Assembly: GCA_963765675.1 (NCBI GenBank)
Contig: CAVXXK010000006.1
Location: 64,001 to 128,000, forward strand
Direction: 5' to 3'
DNA length: 64,000 bases
DNA from: an uncultured delta proteobacterium
GTDB lineage: Bacteria > Desulfobacterota > Binatia > Binatales > Binataceae
Each line of letters starts with the position of its first letter. Within the stretch, counting starts at the first letter, position 1. The notes under the pieces were generated by a model. The model saw only the letters and a list, made by a program, of their open reading frames with translations, did no database searches and was not told where the DNA came from. The position numbers and the translations under genes were made by a program. This document shows positions 1 through 10,682 of this stretch, one piece after another.

Positions 1-1254
1 CGCCCGCCCCGGCCGCCGCGAGAACTTCGCCGGGCGCGGAGGTTCCGCTCGGGAATTGGCGAAGCAACCCTGCGGTAGGTCCGAGCGGCTACACCTCGCC
101 GTCAGATTCCGGAGGTCCGGGCGCGCCGAACTATATGTCCGACGACTCGATCGTCCTGATGCAGGGGACTTCGCACGTCCTCGATTTCCAGCGCCGCCTC
201 ATCCGCGTCTCGATCGCCGATTCCAAAATCGCGGATATCCAGGTGATCAATCCCTCGCAGATAAACCTTGTCGCGCATACTCCCGGCTTCACGACTTTGG
301 CGGTATGGGACGATCGCGGCGATTATCAGGAGCGTCAGGTCCGCGTCGACACGGGCGGCAAGCAGCAGGTGATGCTCAACTGTATCGTCGCCGAATTGGA
401 TCTCTCCAGCGCCGAGAACCAGGGCGTGAACCTGTCGCTCGCGCTTTCCAACTACGGTTTCTCGATTGTCGGAATGCCGGGCGCGGTCGCCACGCCCTAC
501 ACCGCCTCGACTCAGCTGTCCTCGTCGGGCCCGCAGGGCAGTTCGGCCGGAGGGTTGCTGCCGTTCGGCGGTGAGCTCATTCCACTGGTTCTGTCGCCGA
601 GCATGACCTACGGAATCTCGGCGGGAAACTCGAACGTTCAGACTCAGAGCTTTTTTCAGTTTCTCGAAACTCACAACCTGGCAAAGATCCTGGCCGAGCC
701 GCATCTGCTCGCCAACTCGGGCGAGCAGGCTAAATTCCTGTCGGGCGGTGAGATTCCGATCGTGATCGCGCAGGCGCTCAACACGTCGATAGTGTTCAAG
801 CAGTTCGGCACCTCGGTGGATTTTCTGCCCACCGTCATCGGTCGCAACACGATCGAGCTGTACGTCAAGCCCGAGGTTTCGCAACCCAACTTTGCCGAAG
901 GTGTTTCGATGTTCGGCTTTACCGTGCCCGCATTCGTCACCCGCCGCGCGCAAACGATGGTGACGCTGCGCGACGGGCAGACGCTGATCATCGCGGGCCT
1001 GATCCTGCACAACCCGATCGCGACGGTTAACAAGGTTCCTTATCTCGGCGACGTTCCGTACCTGGGCGGACTGTTCCGCACCACTTCGCATACGACCCAG
1101 GAGACGGACCTCGTGATGAGCGTGACGCCGCAGATCGTCAGCGCCGCTTCCGGAAGGCGCGCAGGTCGATCTGCCGCATGGCAGCAGACTCGCACCCGAA
1201 GATATCAAGACGCGCGAAATCATTCCGCCCGACGCGTCGAGGCCGCGGTTCTAG
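1..1254 (+). CDS. cpaC: Tad/Flp pilus secretin CpaC/RcpA (5' truncated by window; apparent +1 frameshift near 1140)
   Basis: Frame open from window edge. Secretin motifs AKILAEPHLLANSGEQAKFLSGGEIP, FKQFG, TRRAQT, KVPYLGDVPYLGGLFR, ETDLVMSVTPQIV. Removing one base near 1142 gives ...PLPEGAQVDLP...SRPRF* ending at TAG 1252-1254. Confidence 0.85.
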
Positions 1255-1277
1255 CCGCTGCCGCAAAGGAGGATCTC

Positions 1278-2492
1278 GTGTCAGTGCTCGGAGCAAACAA
1301 CGAAACCCGGCGCGGAACGCTGCGCGTGTTCTTGATGGGCGACAACGCCGAGGTCCGCGCCATCGCCAAAACCGCGCTCTTGGCGCTGGGCGATCCTCCG
1401 CTCCAGATCGAGGAGGCCGGCCTTGGCGCGCTTCCCACCACCGGCGCGCCCGACGTTCTGATGGTGATGCTGGCGGGCAGCGAAGAAGCGAGCCTGCGCT
1501 GTCTGCAAACCCAGGCCGGACGGATTCCGCGCCCCGCGATTTTTGCGCTGTTGCAGACCCGTTCGCCCGGGTTGATGAAGCGTGCGCTGCGCGCCGGCGC
1601 CGACGAGCTGTTGCTGGTACCGATCGATCCCGGCGACGCGACCTGCGCGCTGCTGAAAATCAGCGAAGCGCGCTGGCGCTCCGACCGCCGCGACGGCGGC
1701 GTCGTCTGCTCGTTCGCCAGTATCGTCGGCGGAGTGGGGGTCACGACCCTGGTCGCGAACCTCGGCCTTGCGTTGCGCCACAGTCAGAAGCGCGTAGCGC
1801 TGATCGATCTGGATCTTCAAACTGGAGGACTCGCGGTGGTGCTCGGCCTCGAGCCTGAAGTCACGATCCTGCCGCTCATCCGCCTGGACCGGAAACTCGA
1901 TTCGATCCAGCTCGAATCCGCGCTGACCAAGCATCCGTCCGGACTCTACCTGCTCGCCGCGCCCAAGCGGATCGAGGAGGGCGAGCTGGTCAGCGACGTG
2001 ACCGTCGGTATCGTGATCGATCTGATGCGGCAGTTGTTCGATTTCGTGATTATCGATTGCGGCGATCATATCGACGAGAACGCGGTCGCCGCGTGGGAAC
2101 GCTCCGAACATCTGTTCTACGTCCTCGAGCAATCGATCACGTCGGCGCGATGCGCATGGCGGTTCATCGATCTGTTCGAGCGCCTGGGGCTGACCTCGCT
2201 TGCGCCGCGCTTCCTGTTAAATCGCCATCGCCCGATGCATCCGATAACCGACAAGCAGATCGAAACCACGCTCGGGCGCGAACTCTACGCGCGAATTCCC
2301 GCCGACGATCGCGCGCTGGAACGCGCCGAGGTCACCGCCAAGGATCTCTGGCAGGTCGCGCCGGCTTCGCCGCTGGCGCATTCGCTCGAGGATCTCGCGC
2401 GCCGCATCGTGCCGACTGTCATCCTGCCTGCGGCCGAACCCGACCCGGGCTTTATCGCGCGGCTAAGATCCGCTTTCGTCACCCACGCTTGA
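1278..2492 (+). CDS. cpaE: Pilus assembly protein CpaE/TadZ (receiver-like N-terminus plus MinD/ParA-like domain)
   Basis: GTG at 1278 preceded by AAGGAGG. Deviant Walker A SIVGGVGVTTLVANL, ALIDLDLQTG, FDFVIIDCG. Lies between secretin and CpaF. Confidence 0.85.
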   Translation: MSVLGANNETRRGTLRVFLMGDNAEVRAIAKTALLALGDPPLQIEEAGLGALPTTGAPDVLMVMLAGSEEASLRCLQTQAGRIPRPAIFALLQTRSPGLMKRALRAGADELLLVPIDPGDATCALLKISEARWRSDRRDGGVVCSFASIVGGVGVTTLVANLGLALRHSQKRVALIDLDLQTGGLAVVLGLEPEVTILPLIRLDRKLDSIQLESALTKHPSGLYLLAAPKRIEEGELVSDVTVGIVIDLMRQLFDFVIIDCGDHIDENAVAAWERSEHLFYVLEQSITSARCAWRFIDLFERLGLTSLAPRFLLNRHRPMHPITDKQIETTLGRELYARIPADDRALERAEVTAKDLWQVAPASPLAHSLEDLARRIVPTVILPAAEPDPGFIARLRSAFVTHA

Positions 2493-2502
2493 GGTTTGAG
2501 TC

Positions 2503-3885
2503 ATGAGACTTGCAGAACGATTAAGCAGCGCCAATTCTGGAGCCGCCGCCGCCGACAGCGCGGCCGCGCCGAGCTCGCTTATCGGGGGAACCGTCAGACG
2601 GCGCAAAGACCCGCACGTTGACGGCTCGCGCCGGCTAAAAATCAAAGTTCACAATCGCCTGTTCGAAACTATCGACGTCTCGAAGCTCGAGTCGCTCGAA
2701 CCGACCGCGATGTCGGCGAAAGTCACCGCGGCGATCAGCGAGATCCTGAACGAAGAGGGACGCCTGCTAACGGATGCCGACCGCAGCCGCCTGGTCGAGG
2801 AGATCAAGAACGAGCTGCTCGGCTTGGGTCCGCTGGAGCCGCTTCTGCGCGACGACGACGTTACCGACATCCTGGTTAACGGCCATGACCAGGTTTATGT
2901 CGAGCGGTTCGGCAAGCTGCATCCGGCTGACGTTCACTTCCAGGACGATCAGCATCTGATGTTGATCATCGATCGAATCGTTTCGCGCGTCGGCCGACGC
3001 GTCGACGAATCATCCCCGATGGTCGATGCGCGCCTGCCCGACGGTTCGCGTATCAACGCGATCATTCCGCCGCTGGCGCTCGACGGTCCGTCGCTGTCGA
3101 TCCGGCGTTTCGGGCGCAAGCGCTACGACATTTCGGGGCTGGTCGAAAAGGAATCCATCACCTGGGAAGTGGTCGAGTTCCTGCTCGCGGTGGTACGCGC
3201 GCGACTCAACGTGATCGTCGCCGGCGGCACCGGCTCGGGCAAGACCACGATGCTCAATTGCCTGTCGGCGTTCGTGCCTGAAGACGAACGTATCGTGACG
3301 ATCGAGGATTCCGCCGAGCTTTCGCTCCAGCAGCCGCACGTGGTGCGCCTGGAATCGCGCCCTCCGAATCTCGAGGGCAAGGGCGAGATTACCCAGCGCG
3401 ATCTCGTGCGCAACTGCCTGCGTATGCGCCCGGACCGGATCGTCGTCGGCGAGGTCCGTGGCGCCGAGGTGCTGGACATGCTGCAGGCGATGTCCACCGG
3501 ACATGACGGCTCGATCGCGACGGTTCACGCGAACTCGACGCGCGAATGCCTGGGGCGCTTCGAAATGATGATGCTGCTGTCGGGAGTATCGATCCCGCAG
3601 CGCGCGATGCGCCAGCAGATCGCGTCGGCGATCAACATGATCCTTCACGTCAGCCGCCTCTCCGACGGTACGCGCAAAGTGATGAAGGTATCTGAGATTA
3701 CCGGAATGGAAGGCGACATGATCATGATGCAGGATCTGTACGAATATGTCCGCGGCGATCCGCGCGCGGACGGCAAGCTGACCGGACAGTTGCGCTCGAC
3801 CGGGGTTCGCTCGCATTACGCGCCGCGGCTGGAAGCGGTGGGTTACAAATCCGACGCGCGCCTGTTCAAGGCGGCGCAGCCGTAG
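2503..3885 (+). CDS. cpaF: Tad pilus ATPase CpaF/TadA
   Basis: [18 protein letters not shown] Walker [22 protein letters not shown]. Confidence 0.95.
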   Translation: MRLAERLSSANSGAAAADSAAAPSSLIGGTVRRRKDPHVDGSRRLKIKVHNRLFETIDVSKLESLEPTAMSAKVTAAISEILNEEGRLLTDADRSRLVEEIKNELLGLGPLEPLLRDDDVTDILVNGHDQVYVERFGKLHPADVHFQDDQHLMLIIDRIVSRVGRRVDESSPMVDARLPDGSRINAIIPPLALDGPSLSIRRFGRKRYDISGLVEKESITWEVVEFLLAVVRARLNVIVAGGTGSGKTTMLNCLSAFVPEDERIVTIEDSAELSLQQPHVVRLESRPPNLEGKGEITQRDLVRNCLRMRPDRIVVGEVRGAEVLDMLQAMSTGHDGSIATVHANSTRECLGRFEMMMLLSGVSIPQRAMRQQIASAINMILHVSRLSDGTRKVMKVSEITGMEGDMIMMQDLYEYVRGDPRADGKLTGQLRSTGVRSHYAPRLEAVGYKSDARLFKAAQP

Positions 3886-3889
3886 AACG

Positions 3890-4849
3890 ATGGATCTGGT
3901 AATCGCCACGGCCGCGTTTGCGATGGTGCTGGTGCTCGGCGGATTTGTTATCGCGCGGCACACGGGACTGCCGTGGCTGGGGCGCAACGTCATGCGGCGG
4001 ATGGCGCCGGCCAAGACTGTTTCCGCTGACGGGATTTTCCGCACCGGGCATCGGCGCAACAAGGAAGCCGCCACCCGAATCTTCGCGCGCCTGATGCGCA
4101 TCAACTTGATCCAGAAGCTCGAGCAGATGATGTGGCAGGCCGGTATCTACAAGCCGGTCGCCGATATTCTATTGATTATCGTTTTGCTGGCCGGCGCTGG
4201 AATCGTTGGCGCAAGCGCGTTTTCGAGCAATCCGTTGATTTCGATCGCCCTCGGTTTTGGCATGGGAATCCTTCCGCTGATGTATATCCGGATCCGCCGC
4301 CAGCGGCGCCTGAAGGCCTTCGCAACGCAGCTCCCGTATGCGCTCGATCTGATCAAATCGTCGATCGAGGCGGGCCATTCGCTACTGCGCGGCTTCCAGG
4401 TGGTGGTCGCGGAATTTGGCGATCCGATCGGCAGCGAGTTCCGATCGGTGATCGAGCAGTCGCGTCTGGGATTGCCGCTGCCACGAGCACTCGAAGACAT
4501 GCTCGAGCGCGTTCCGATCGAAGACCTGCGCCTGCTGGTGGTCGCGGTGCGGGTTCAATCCGAGGTCGGTAGTTCGCTCGCGCAGATTATCGGACGACTT
4601 TCCGAGATCGTCCGCACCCGCCAGAAAATCCATCAGCAGATCCGCGCGATGACCGCGCAATCGCGAATGAGCGGAATGGTCGTCGGATGCCTGCCAATCG
4701 CGATGCTCGGCGCCTTCAGCATCATCCAGCCCGCATATGTTCACACGCTATTTTACGATCCCTCGGGACAGATGATTCTCAAAGTCGCCGCGGTGCTCGA
4801 CATCATGGCGTTCGTGACGATCCGGAAACTTCTCAAGGTGGAATTCTGA
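3890..4849 (+). CDS. tadB: Tad pilus platform protein TadB (T2SS F family)
   Basis: QLPYALDLI..SIEAGHS, IGSEF, QSEVGSSLA, RAMTAQSRMSG; TM segments. Confidence 0.9.
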   Translation: MDLVIATAAFAMVLVLGGFVIARHTGLPWLGRNVMRRMAPAKTVSADGIFRTGHRRNKEAATRIFARLMRINLIQKLEQMMWQAGIYKPVADILLIIVLLAGAGIVGASAFSSNPLISIALGFGMGILPLMYIRIRRQRRLKAFATQLPYALDLIKSSIEAGHSLLRGFQVVVAEFGDPIGSEFRSVIEQSRLGLPLPRALEDMLERVPIEDLRLLVVAVRVQSEVGSSLAQIIGRLSEIVRTRQKIHQQIRAMTAQSRMSGMVVGCLPIAMLGAFSIIQPAYVHTLFYDPSGQMILKVAAVLDIMAFVTIRKLLKVEF

Positions 4850-4850
4850 A

Positions 4851-5786
4851 ATGTCCGCAATCTACATCACCCTCGCCTTCATTCTGCTGATGGGCGCCGC
4901 GATGGTGGCGGCGTACGCCGCGCTGTTCGGCACCCCGCGCGTGCTTGACGATCGGATTACCGATATGGGGGTCAAGATGCGCGTCAGCGTCAATGATGGC
5001 GCCGTCCCCAGCGAGGTCGATCCTTCATTGTCACGAGCGCTCTTTCGATGGGTTGCGCTGCGCCTGCCCGCGCCGCCCGCCGACTCTCCGAAAGCGGAAA
5101 AGCTTGCGCATCAGCTAATGCAGGCGGGTTTTCAGCACTCGCGCGCCGCGCGGACTTTTCAGGTCGTGCGGACTATATCGACCGCAGCCTGCGCAATACT
5201 CGCGCTGGTAGTCGCGCTCGTTGCGAATCGGTCGGGCGTCATGGTCATCATGGCGCTGGTGGCAGGCGCCGGTATCGGCGCATTCATTCCCAGCTTTTAC
5301 CTCGGCCGCAAGGCGCGCAAACGCCAGCGCGCGATCGCAAGCCAGCTCTCCGACGTGCTCGATCTTCTGGTGGTATGCGTCGAGGCCGGCCTGGGACTCT
5401 CAGAAGCGATCAAGGTCGTCGGCGCGGAAGCAGAGCGGCACGGCCAGGCAATCGGTACCGAACTCGCGCTCGTCTCGGGCGAACTCGCCGCCGGTTCGAG
5501 TCTCGGTCAGGCGCTGCGGCAGTTCGCCGACCGGACCGCGGTCGCGGATGTGAAGCCGCTGGCCGCGACGCTTATTCAGAGCGAACAGATCGGCGCGCAA
5601 ATTGGACCCGCGCTGCGCTCGATCTCTGATTCGCTGCGCTCCGCGCGCAAGATGCGCGCTGAAGAAGCGGCGCAGAAGACCACCGTAAAGATCATGTTCC
5701 CGCTGGTGCTGTTTGTCCTGCCCGCGATGATGAGCGTTATCGTCGGACCCGCGATGATCCAGATCATGCAGACCTTGACCAAATGA
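4851..5786 (+). CDS. tadC: Tad pilus protein TadC
   Basis: DVLDLLVVCVEAGLGL, LIQSEQIGA, AEEAAQKTTVKIMFPLVLFVLP. Confidence 0.9.
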   Translation: MSAIYITLAFILLMGAAMVAAYAALFGTPRVLDDRITDMGVKMRVSVNDGAVPSEVDPSLSRALFRWVALRLPAPPADSPKAEKLAHQLMQAGFQHSRAARTFQVVRTISTAACAILALVVALVANRSGVMVIMALVAGAGIGAFIPSFYLGRKARKRQRAIASQLSDVLDLLVVCVEAGLGLSEAIKVVGAEAERHGQAIGTELALVSGELAAGSSLGQALRQFADRTAVADVKPLAATLIQSEQIGAQIGPALRSISDSLRSARKMRAEEAAQKTTVKIMFPLVLFVLPAMMSVIVGPAMIQIMQTLTK

Positions 5787-5838
5787 AAAGGCTTGACGGG
5801 CGCGCGCTATCGGTCTGTATTGGGACCACGGCGCCGCG

Positions 5839-6324
5839 ATGGATGATACCGCATCAAAAACCCGGGCTTTCGAACTGTGGAACGAGGGCATGCAGCATCA
5901 TCAGTTGCGCGATCTGGACGGTGCGATCCGCCTCTATACAAAGTCTATCGAAGTCTTTCCCACCGCCGAGGCGTACACGTTTCGCGGATGGGCGTATCAC
6001 ACGCAGGGGCGAATCGACGACGCGATCGCTGAATGCAAGCGAGCGATCGCGGTCGATCCGTCGTTCGGCAATCCCTACAACGATATCGGCGCCTACCTGA
6101 TCGCCAAAGGCGAGCTCCAAGAGGCGATCGAATGGCTCGAGAAGGCAAAGCTCGCGCCGCGCTACGAGCCGCGTCATTTCCCACATATGAATCTCGGCCG
6201 AATCTATGAGGCCAAGGGAATGATCACTCTTGCGATCGAAGAATTCGAACAGGCGCTCAAGTTTCAGCCCGATGAACCGACGTGCGTCGCCACGCTCAAG
6301 CGCCTGCGCTCGATGCTGAACTGA
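5839..6324 (+). CDS. TPR-repeat protein
   Basis: TPR-like repeats (AEAYTFRGWAY, GNPYNDIGAYL, PHMNLGRIY). Confidence 0.85.
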   Translation: MDDTASKTRAFELWNEGMQHHQLRDLDGAIRLYTKSIEVFPTAEAYTFRGWAYHTQGRIDDAIAECKRAIAVDPSFGNPYNDIGAYLIAKGELQEAIEWLEKAKLAPRYEPRHFPHMNLGRIYEAKGMITLAIEEFEQALKFQPDEPTCVATLKRLRSMLN

Positions 6325-6360
6325 TCGGCGCCGGTCGCCGCGCAAAAAGGAGAATCTTCG

Positions 6361-6807
6361 ATGCTCAAGGTTGGCGATCGCGCGCCGGAATTCACGCTGC
6401 CTGCTCATGACGGCAGGATCATCTCGAACGCCGATCTGCGCGGGCGTAAAGTACTGTTGTGGTTTTATCCAGCGGCGAGCACTCCCGGATGCACTGTCGA
6501 GGGGCGCGGTTTCCGCGATCATCAGAGCTTCTACGACGAGAACGAGATCCAGATCCTCGGCGTCAGTTTCGACAGTATCGAAGCGAACGCCGCATTCGCG
6601 CAGAATAATGGATTCAGCTTTCCGCTACTCTCGGATGCCACGCGCGAAACCGCGCTCGCATACGGCGCATGCGCCGACCGCAAAGCGTCGTCGCCCGACC
6701 GAGTGAGCTTCCTCCTCGACGAGGATGGCCGTATCGCACGCGTCTATGATCAAGTCGATCCTCGCGATCATCCCGCCCGAGTGCTGGCCGAGTTGCTCGA
6801 CGTTTGA
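6361..6807 (+). CDS. bcp: Peroxiredoxin, Bcp/PrxQ type
   Basis: FYPAASTPGCTVE peroxidatic motif; RBS AAGGAG upstream. Confidence 0.85.
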   Translation: MLKVGDRAPEFTLPAHDGRIISNADLRGRKVLLWFYPAASTPGCTVEGRGFRDHQSFYDENEIQILGVSFDSIEANAAFAQNNGFSFPLLSDATRETALAYGACADRKASSPDRVSFLLDEDGRIARVYDQVDPRDHPARVLAELLDV

Positions 6808-7072
6808 TGCGCGGATGACGTCAATCGGCATCGACGCCATAGGAAAGTTGAATATATACAGTGCCGCTAACCATTCCTATCAACTGACTATTCACGCCTT
6901 TCATAGAGTATCTCTGCATAACCGCCCGATCGTATAATTCCTCTCCGTGTCCAAGGAGAGGTCTCCTCCGCGGGCGGCATGGCGATGGCGTATCGCCAAA
7001 AACCCGGCGTCGATTTGAACTGTAACCACGGGACGAGTGAGCATTGCGCAGGTGTGGCAATTTGAATCACCG

Positions 7073-7088
7073 TGGCCTGCCAATTGCT
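7073..7088 (+). promoter_or_regulatory. Sigma54 (-24/-12) promoter
   Basis: TGGCCTGCCAATTGCT matches TGGCAC-N5-TTGCW with GG and GC exactly spaced. Confidence 0.6.
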
Positions 7089-7099
7089 ACACTTCCTTC

Positions 7100-8335
7100 G
7101 TGGTCACGGATCGCAACATCGCAGCTCCTGTACTCGAATTGGCGGAAGCTGGAAACGGTTCAGGCCCGGCCGCCGAAAACGATCTGAGCCCTTCGGAATT
7201 GGAACAATCGCCGCGCGTGTCTCTGGCGCGCCTGGCGCAAGGTTCGGAGCGGATCGGCGGAATGGTTGTCCGCTCTGCGCAGGTTCGCAAAGTACTGAAA
7301 ACCATAGCGCGGCTGAGCCCTTACAAGGCGACGGTTCTCATCTACGGCGAGTCGGGAACCGGTAAAGAGTTGGTCGCGCGAGCGTTGCATACGCTCGGCC
7401 CGATGCCCAACGGACCTTTCGTGACCTTCAACTGTGCAAACCTGCTCGAATCACTGGCGGAGTCGCAGCTCTTCGGCCATGTGAAGGGCGCGTTTACCGA
7501 CGCACGCGAGGATTCGTTTGGCTACTTCCGCTCGGCCAACGGCGGCACCTTGTTTCTCGACGAGATTGGCGAATTGCCGCTGAAGCTACAGCCCAAGCTG
7601 TTGCGCGCGGTTGAGACCTGCGAGATTCAGCCGGTAGGATCGTCGCATACTCACAAGATCGATATCCGCCTGGTGGCTGCGACAAATCGTGATCTGCGCG
7701 CGATGGTCAAGGCGGGACAGTTCCGCGACGATCTATATTATCGTCTCAACACCGCGGCGGTTTTTCTGCCGCCGCTGCGTGAGCGCCGCGAAGCGATCTC
7801 CGCATTCGTCGCGCATTTTATCGAGCATTACAATCGGCTCTTCGGTAAGGAAGTGATGTTTGTTGATCGGCACGCTCTGGACTATCTGTTGGCCTACGGA
7901 TGGCCGGGCAACGTGCGCGAGCTTGCTCACGCGATCGAGAGCGCTGTGATCCTGTCCGAGAGCGATTGCCTGATCGCCGAGGATCTGCCCGAGCATATTC
8001 TTGAAATCGCCGGCAGCGGCGTCGGCGGCGATATGGCGGATGCGCACGCGGCTCCGGCGCTCGATGGAGCTGCGGAGCCGCACGCGGGAAATTCCAACGG
8101 TGGACCCGCGCCGCTGCTCTTGGATGAAGTGATCAAGCGCACCCTGATGCGTTCGCTCGAAGAGACCGACGGAAATCGGCGCCGCGCGGCGGACCTGCTC
8201 GGCGTCTCGCGCTCGACGTTGTACCGGATGCTCGCGCGCTACGGAATCGGCGAAAACGCCCACTCCAATTCAGTGCAGGCCCGGGCGACGTCCGACCACA
8301 AAGGCCCCGGCGCCAGCAACGATTCGATCCTCTAG
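7100..8335 (+). CDS. Sigma54-dependent transcriptional activator (AAA+ plus Fis HTH) without a recognisable N-terminal sensory domain
   Basis: GESGTGKE, ESQLFGHVKGAFTDA, TLFLDEIGE, FRDDLYYRL, WPGNVREL, C-terminal GNRRRAADLLGVSRSTLYR. In-frame GTG at 7100 preferred over 7037 because of the promoter position. Confidence 0.9.
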   Translation: MVTDRNIAAPVLELAEAGNGSGPAAENDLSPSELEQSPRVSLARLAQGSERIGGMVVRSAQVRKVLKTIARLSPYKATVLIYGESGTGKELVARALHTLGPMPNGPFVTFNCANLLESLAESQLFGHVKGAFTDAREDSFGYFRSANGGTLFLDEIGELPLKLQPKLLRAVETCEIQPVGSSHTHKIDIRLVAATNRDLRAMVKAGQFRDDLYYRLNTAAVFLPPLRERREAISAFVAHFIEHYNRLFGKEVMFVDRHALDYLLAYGWPGNVRELAHAIESAVILSESDCLIAEDLPEHILEIAGSGVGGDMADAHAAPALDGAAEPHAGNSNGGPAPLLLDEVIKRTLMRSLEETDGNRRRAADLLGVSRSTLYRMLARYGIGENAHSNSVQARATSDHKGPGASNDSIL

Positions 8336-8381
8336 CTCGGGGTTGGATTTTGGTGGTGATTCGCGCAAAATCGCGATCCGG

Positions 8382-8696
8382 ATGATCAAGCCAGCCGTCT
8401 TTGCAGACCTCGCGATTGTTTGTTTGGTTGCGATGCTCGCCGGCGCCGTGCCGGCCGCCGCAGGCTCGGACACTGCCAAGCCTCCCGCGGATCTCGTCAA
8501 TCTCGAGCGCGAGGTCTCGCTCAAAATCGCGCACGTTCGCGGCGAAGGACCCACCGACCCCGGCAAGCGCCAGAAACTGCACGACGCCGAGCGTCTGGAC
8601 GCCAAGGCCGAGCAGGAAATCGGCGCGGGCGATTTTCGCTCCGCCGAAGATGATCTGGTAAAGGCCAACGCGCTCGCATCCGAGCTTGCCAATTAG
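8382..8696 (+). CDS. Small secreted hypothetical protein
   Basis: Signal-peptide-like hydrophobic N-terminus ending PAAAG, followed by a helical charged domain. Confidence 0.55.
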   Translation: MIKPAVFADLAIVCLVAMLAGAVPAAAGSDTAKPPADLVNLEREVSLKIAHVRGEGPTDPGKRQKLHDAERLDAKAEQEIGAGDFRSAEDDLVKANALASELAN

Positions 8697-8773
8697 GCGC
8701 TCCGAACTGAAGCGTAGCGCGATCATTCGGATTTTTCGCCGCGCCCGCTTTTGATACCTTTAACGCAGAGACG

Positions 8774-9928
8774 ATGATTGGTCCTGATCAAATCTGGGGC
8801 GAAGCGGTTCGCACACTGGAAGCGGGCACCTCGTTTGCGCTCGCAACGGTGGTCAATGTCCGAGGCTCAACTCCGCGCGAAATCGGCGCGAAGATGATTG
8901 TCCGCACCGACGGCCAGTTCGGCACGATCGGCGGCGGATGCGGCGAAGCCGAAGTGTTCCGCAAGGCGCGGATCCTGCTCGACGAAGGCCACGGCGCGCG
9001 GCTCACCGAAGTCGACCTCACTGGAGATTTCGATCAAAAGGAAATCGGAACCTGCGGCGGAATCATGGACGTGTTCGTCGATATCTGGAAGCCCGGATTC
9101 GACCTCGAGATCGCCCGGCGCTTGTACGACGCCGCAGCGCATAGCCGTCCTGCCGCCTTGGTCACGCTGATCGATCCGGGAAATTCTGCATCGGCGGGGA
9201 AGATCGGCGCGCGCTCCGTGCTCGACCCGGCCGTCGAGGCCGCGGCGGTGCCGATCGAAATCGCTCCGCGCGCGATCGCGCAGCTCGGAGTCCGCGCTGC
9301 CGACGGAACCGCGGTGCTGGTCGAGGTCAGCGAAAACGGCGGCGCCAATCCGGTCACGCGGATCGAAGCTACCGGATCACCGCGCCTGTTTCTGGATCCG
9401 GTGTCGGGCGCGCAGCGCCTGGTGATCGCCGGAGCTGGTCATATCGCGCAGCCGCTCGCGGCGCTGGGCTCGATGCTGGGTTTCCATGTGACAGTGATAG
9501 ACGACCGCGCCTCTTTCGCCAATCGTGAGCGCTTTCCCTCCGCCGACGAGATTGTCGTGCGCCCGTTCGGTCCCGCCGTCAAAGCCCTCAACCTCGATCG
9601 CCATTGCTACCTGGTCTCGGTCACGCGCGGCCATTCGTTCGACGAAGACGTTATCCTGACCGCGCTAAAACACAGTCGCGGCGCGTTTATCGGGATGATC
9701 GGATCGCGCCGCCGGGTCAAGGCGACGCTGGATCGAATCGGCGCGATGGGAATTGCGCCGGAGCTGCTCGACCAGGTTCATGCGCCGCTGGGAATCGATA
9801 TCGCGGCCGAGACGCCCGAGGAAATCGCGCTATCGATTATTTCCGAGATCGTTCGCGAGCGCCGCAGCGGTGTCCGCGACGAGGCGAACCTCGGCGTGAA
9901 GACCGGTCGTTTGCAGCCGCGCGGCTGA
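8774..9928 (+). CDS. xdhC: XdhC/CoxI family molybdoenzyme maturation factor
   Basis: GSTPREIGAKM, GTIGGGCGE, CGGIMDV, GAGHIA, IGMIGSRRR, APLGIDIAAETPEEIALSI. Confidence 0.9.
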   Translation: MIGPDQIWGEAVRTLEAGTSFALATVVNVRGSTPREIGAKMIVRTDGQFGTIGGGCGEAEVFRKARILLDEGHGARLTEVDLTGDFDQKEIGTCGGIMDVFVDIWKPGFDLEIARRLYDAAAHSRPAALVTLIDPGNSASAGKIGARSVLDPAVEAAAVPIEIAPRAIAQLGVRAADGTAVLVEVSENGGANPVTRIEATGSPRLFLDPVSGAQRLVIAGAGHIAQPLAALGSMLGFHVTVIDDRASFANRERFPSADEIVVRPFGPAVKALNLDRHCYLVSVTRGHSFDEDVILTALKHSRGAFIGMIGSRRRVKATLDRIGAMGIAPELLDQVHAPLGIDIAAETPEEIALSIISEIVRERRSGVRDEANLGVKTGRLQPRG

Positions 9929-9929
9929 C

Positions 9930-10568
9930 GTGGCCAGAAATTCCCAAAATTCCAAAGACCGTAAACCTCGTATCGATGCGATTCTGCTTGCGGCCGGCGA
10001 GTCGCGCCGCATGGGATTTCCCAAACCTCTCCTCAGCTTAGGGCCTGGAGCCGAAACGTTCATCGCGCGCACGCTGCGGCTGATTCTGCCCGCGGTCGAG
10101 CGCATCGTGATCGTCCTCGGTGCTCACGCCGAAAGGATCCGCGCCACGATTCCCGGCGATGCACGAATCACGATCGTCGAGAATCCCAACTACATCGACG
10201 GGCAGCTCTCGTCTCTCAAGATTGGTCTGGGCGCGCTCGCGCCCGAGACGTCAGCCGCGATGGTACATCTCGCGGACCATCCTCTGGTCACCGGTACGAC
10301 CTATCTTGCCGTCGCCGAGACCTATCGCCGCACGCGCGGACCGATCGTGATTGCGCGCCACGCCGGACGCCGCGGTCATCCCGCGATTTTCGATCGTTCG
10401 ATCTTCCCCGAACTGCTCGCAGCTCCGCTCTCAGAGGGCGCGCGCGTCGTAGTAAACGCGACGCTCAGCCGGATCGTCTATACCGACGTGGATGACCCGG
10501 GCGTTGCCCTCGATCTCGATACTCCAGAGGACCTCGCCCGGGCTGGGCTCCCGCCTCCGCCGAAATAG
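9930..10568 (+). CDS. MocA-like molybdenum cofactor nucleotidyltransferase
   Basis: ILLAAGESRRMGFPKPLL, GQLSSLKIG, GHPAIF, DLDTPED. Confidence 0.85.
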   Translation: MARNSQNSKDRKPRIDAILLAAGESRRMGFPKPLLSLGPGAETFIARTLRLILPAVERIVIVLGAHAERIRATIPGDARITIVENPNYIDGQLSSLKIGLGALAPETSAAMVHLADHPLVTGTTYLAVAETYRRTRGPIVIARHAGRRGHPAIFDRSIFPELLAAPLSEGARVVVNATLSRIVYTDVDDPGVALDLDTPEDLARAGLPPPPK

Positions 10569-10682
10569 ATCCCGCGTGCCGGGCTCTTGCGGCTGATGCG
10601 CGAGCGGATGATGCGGCGCGAGGTATGAGTAACCTAAACGCTCTGTAACCGCTTTGCGGTGCTGTCGTATTAGAGGACAGCT

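Noticed and set aside
135-2492. Apparent secretin-CpaE fusion protein (785 aa)
   Set aside because: One-base correction near 1142 restores a secretin C-terminus and stop at 1254; cpaE has its own AAGGAGG RBS and GTG. An outer-membrane/cytoplasmic fusion is implausible.
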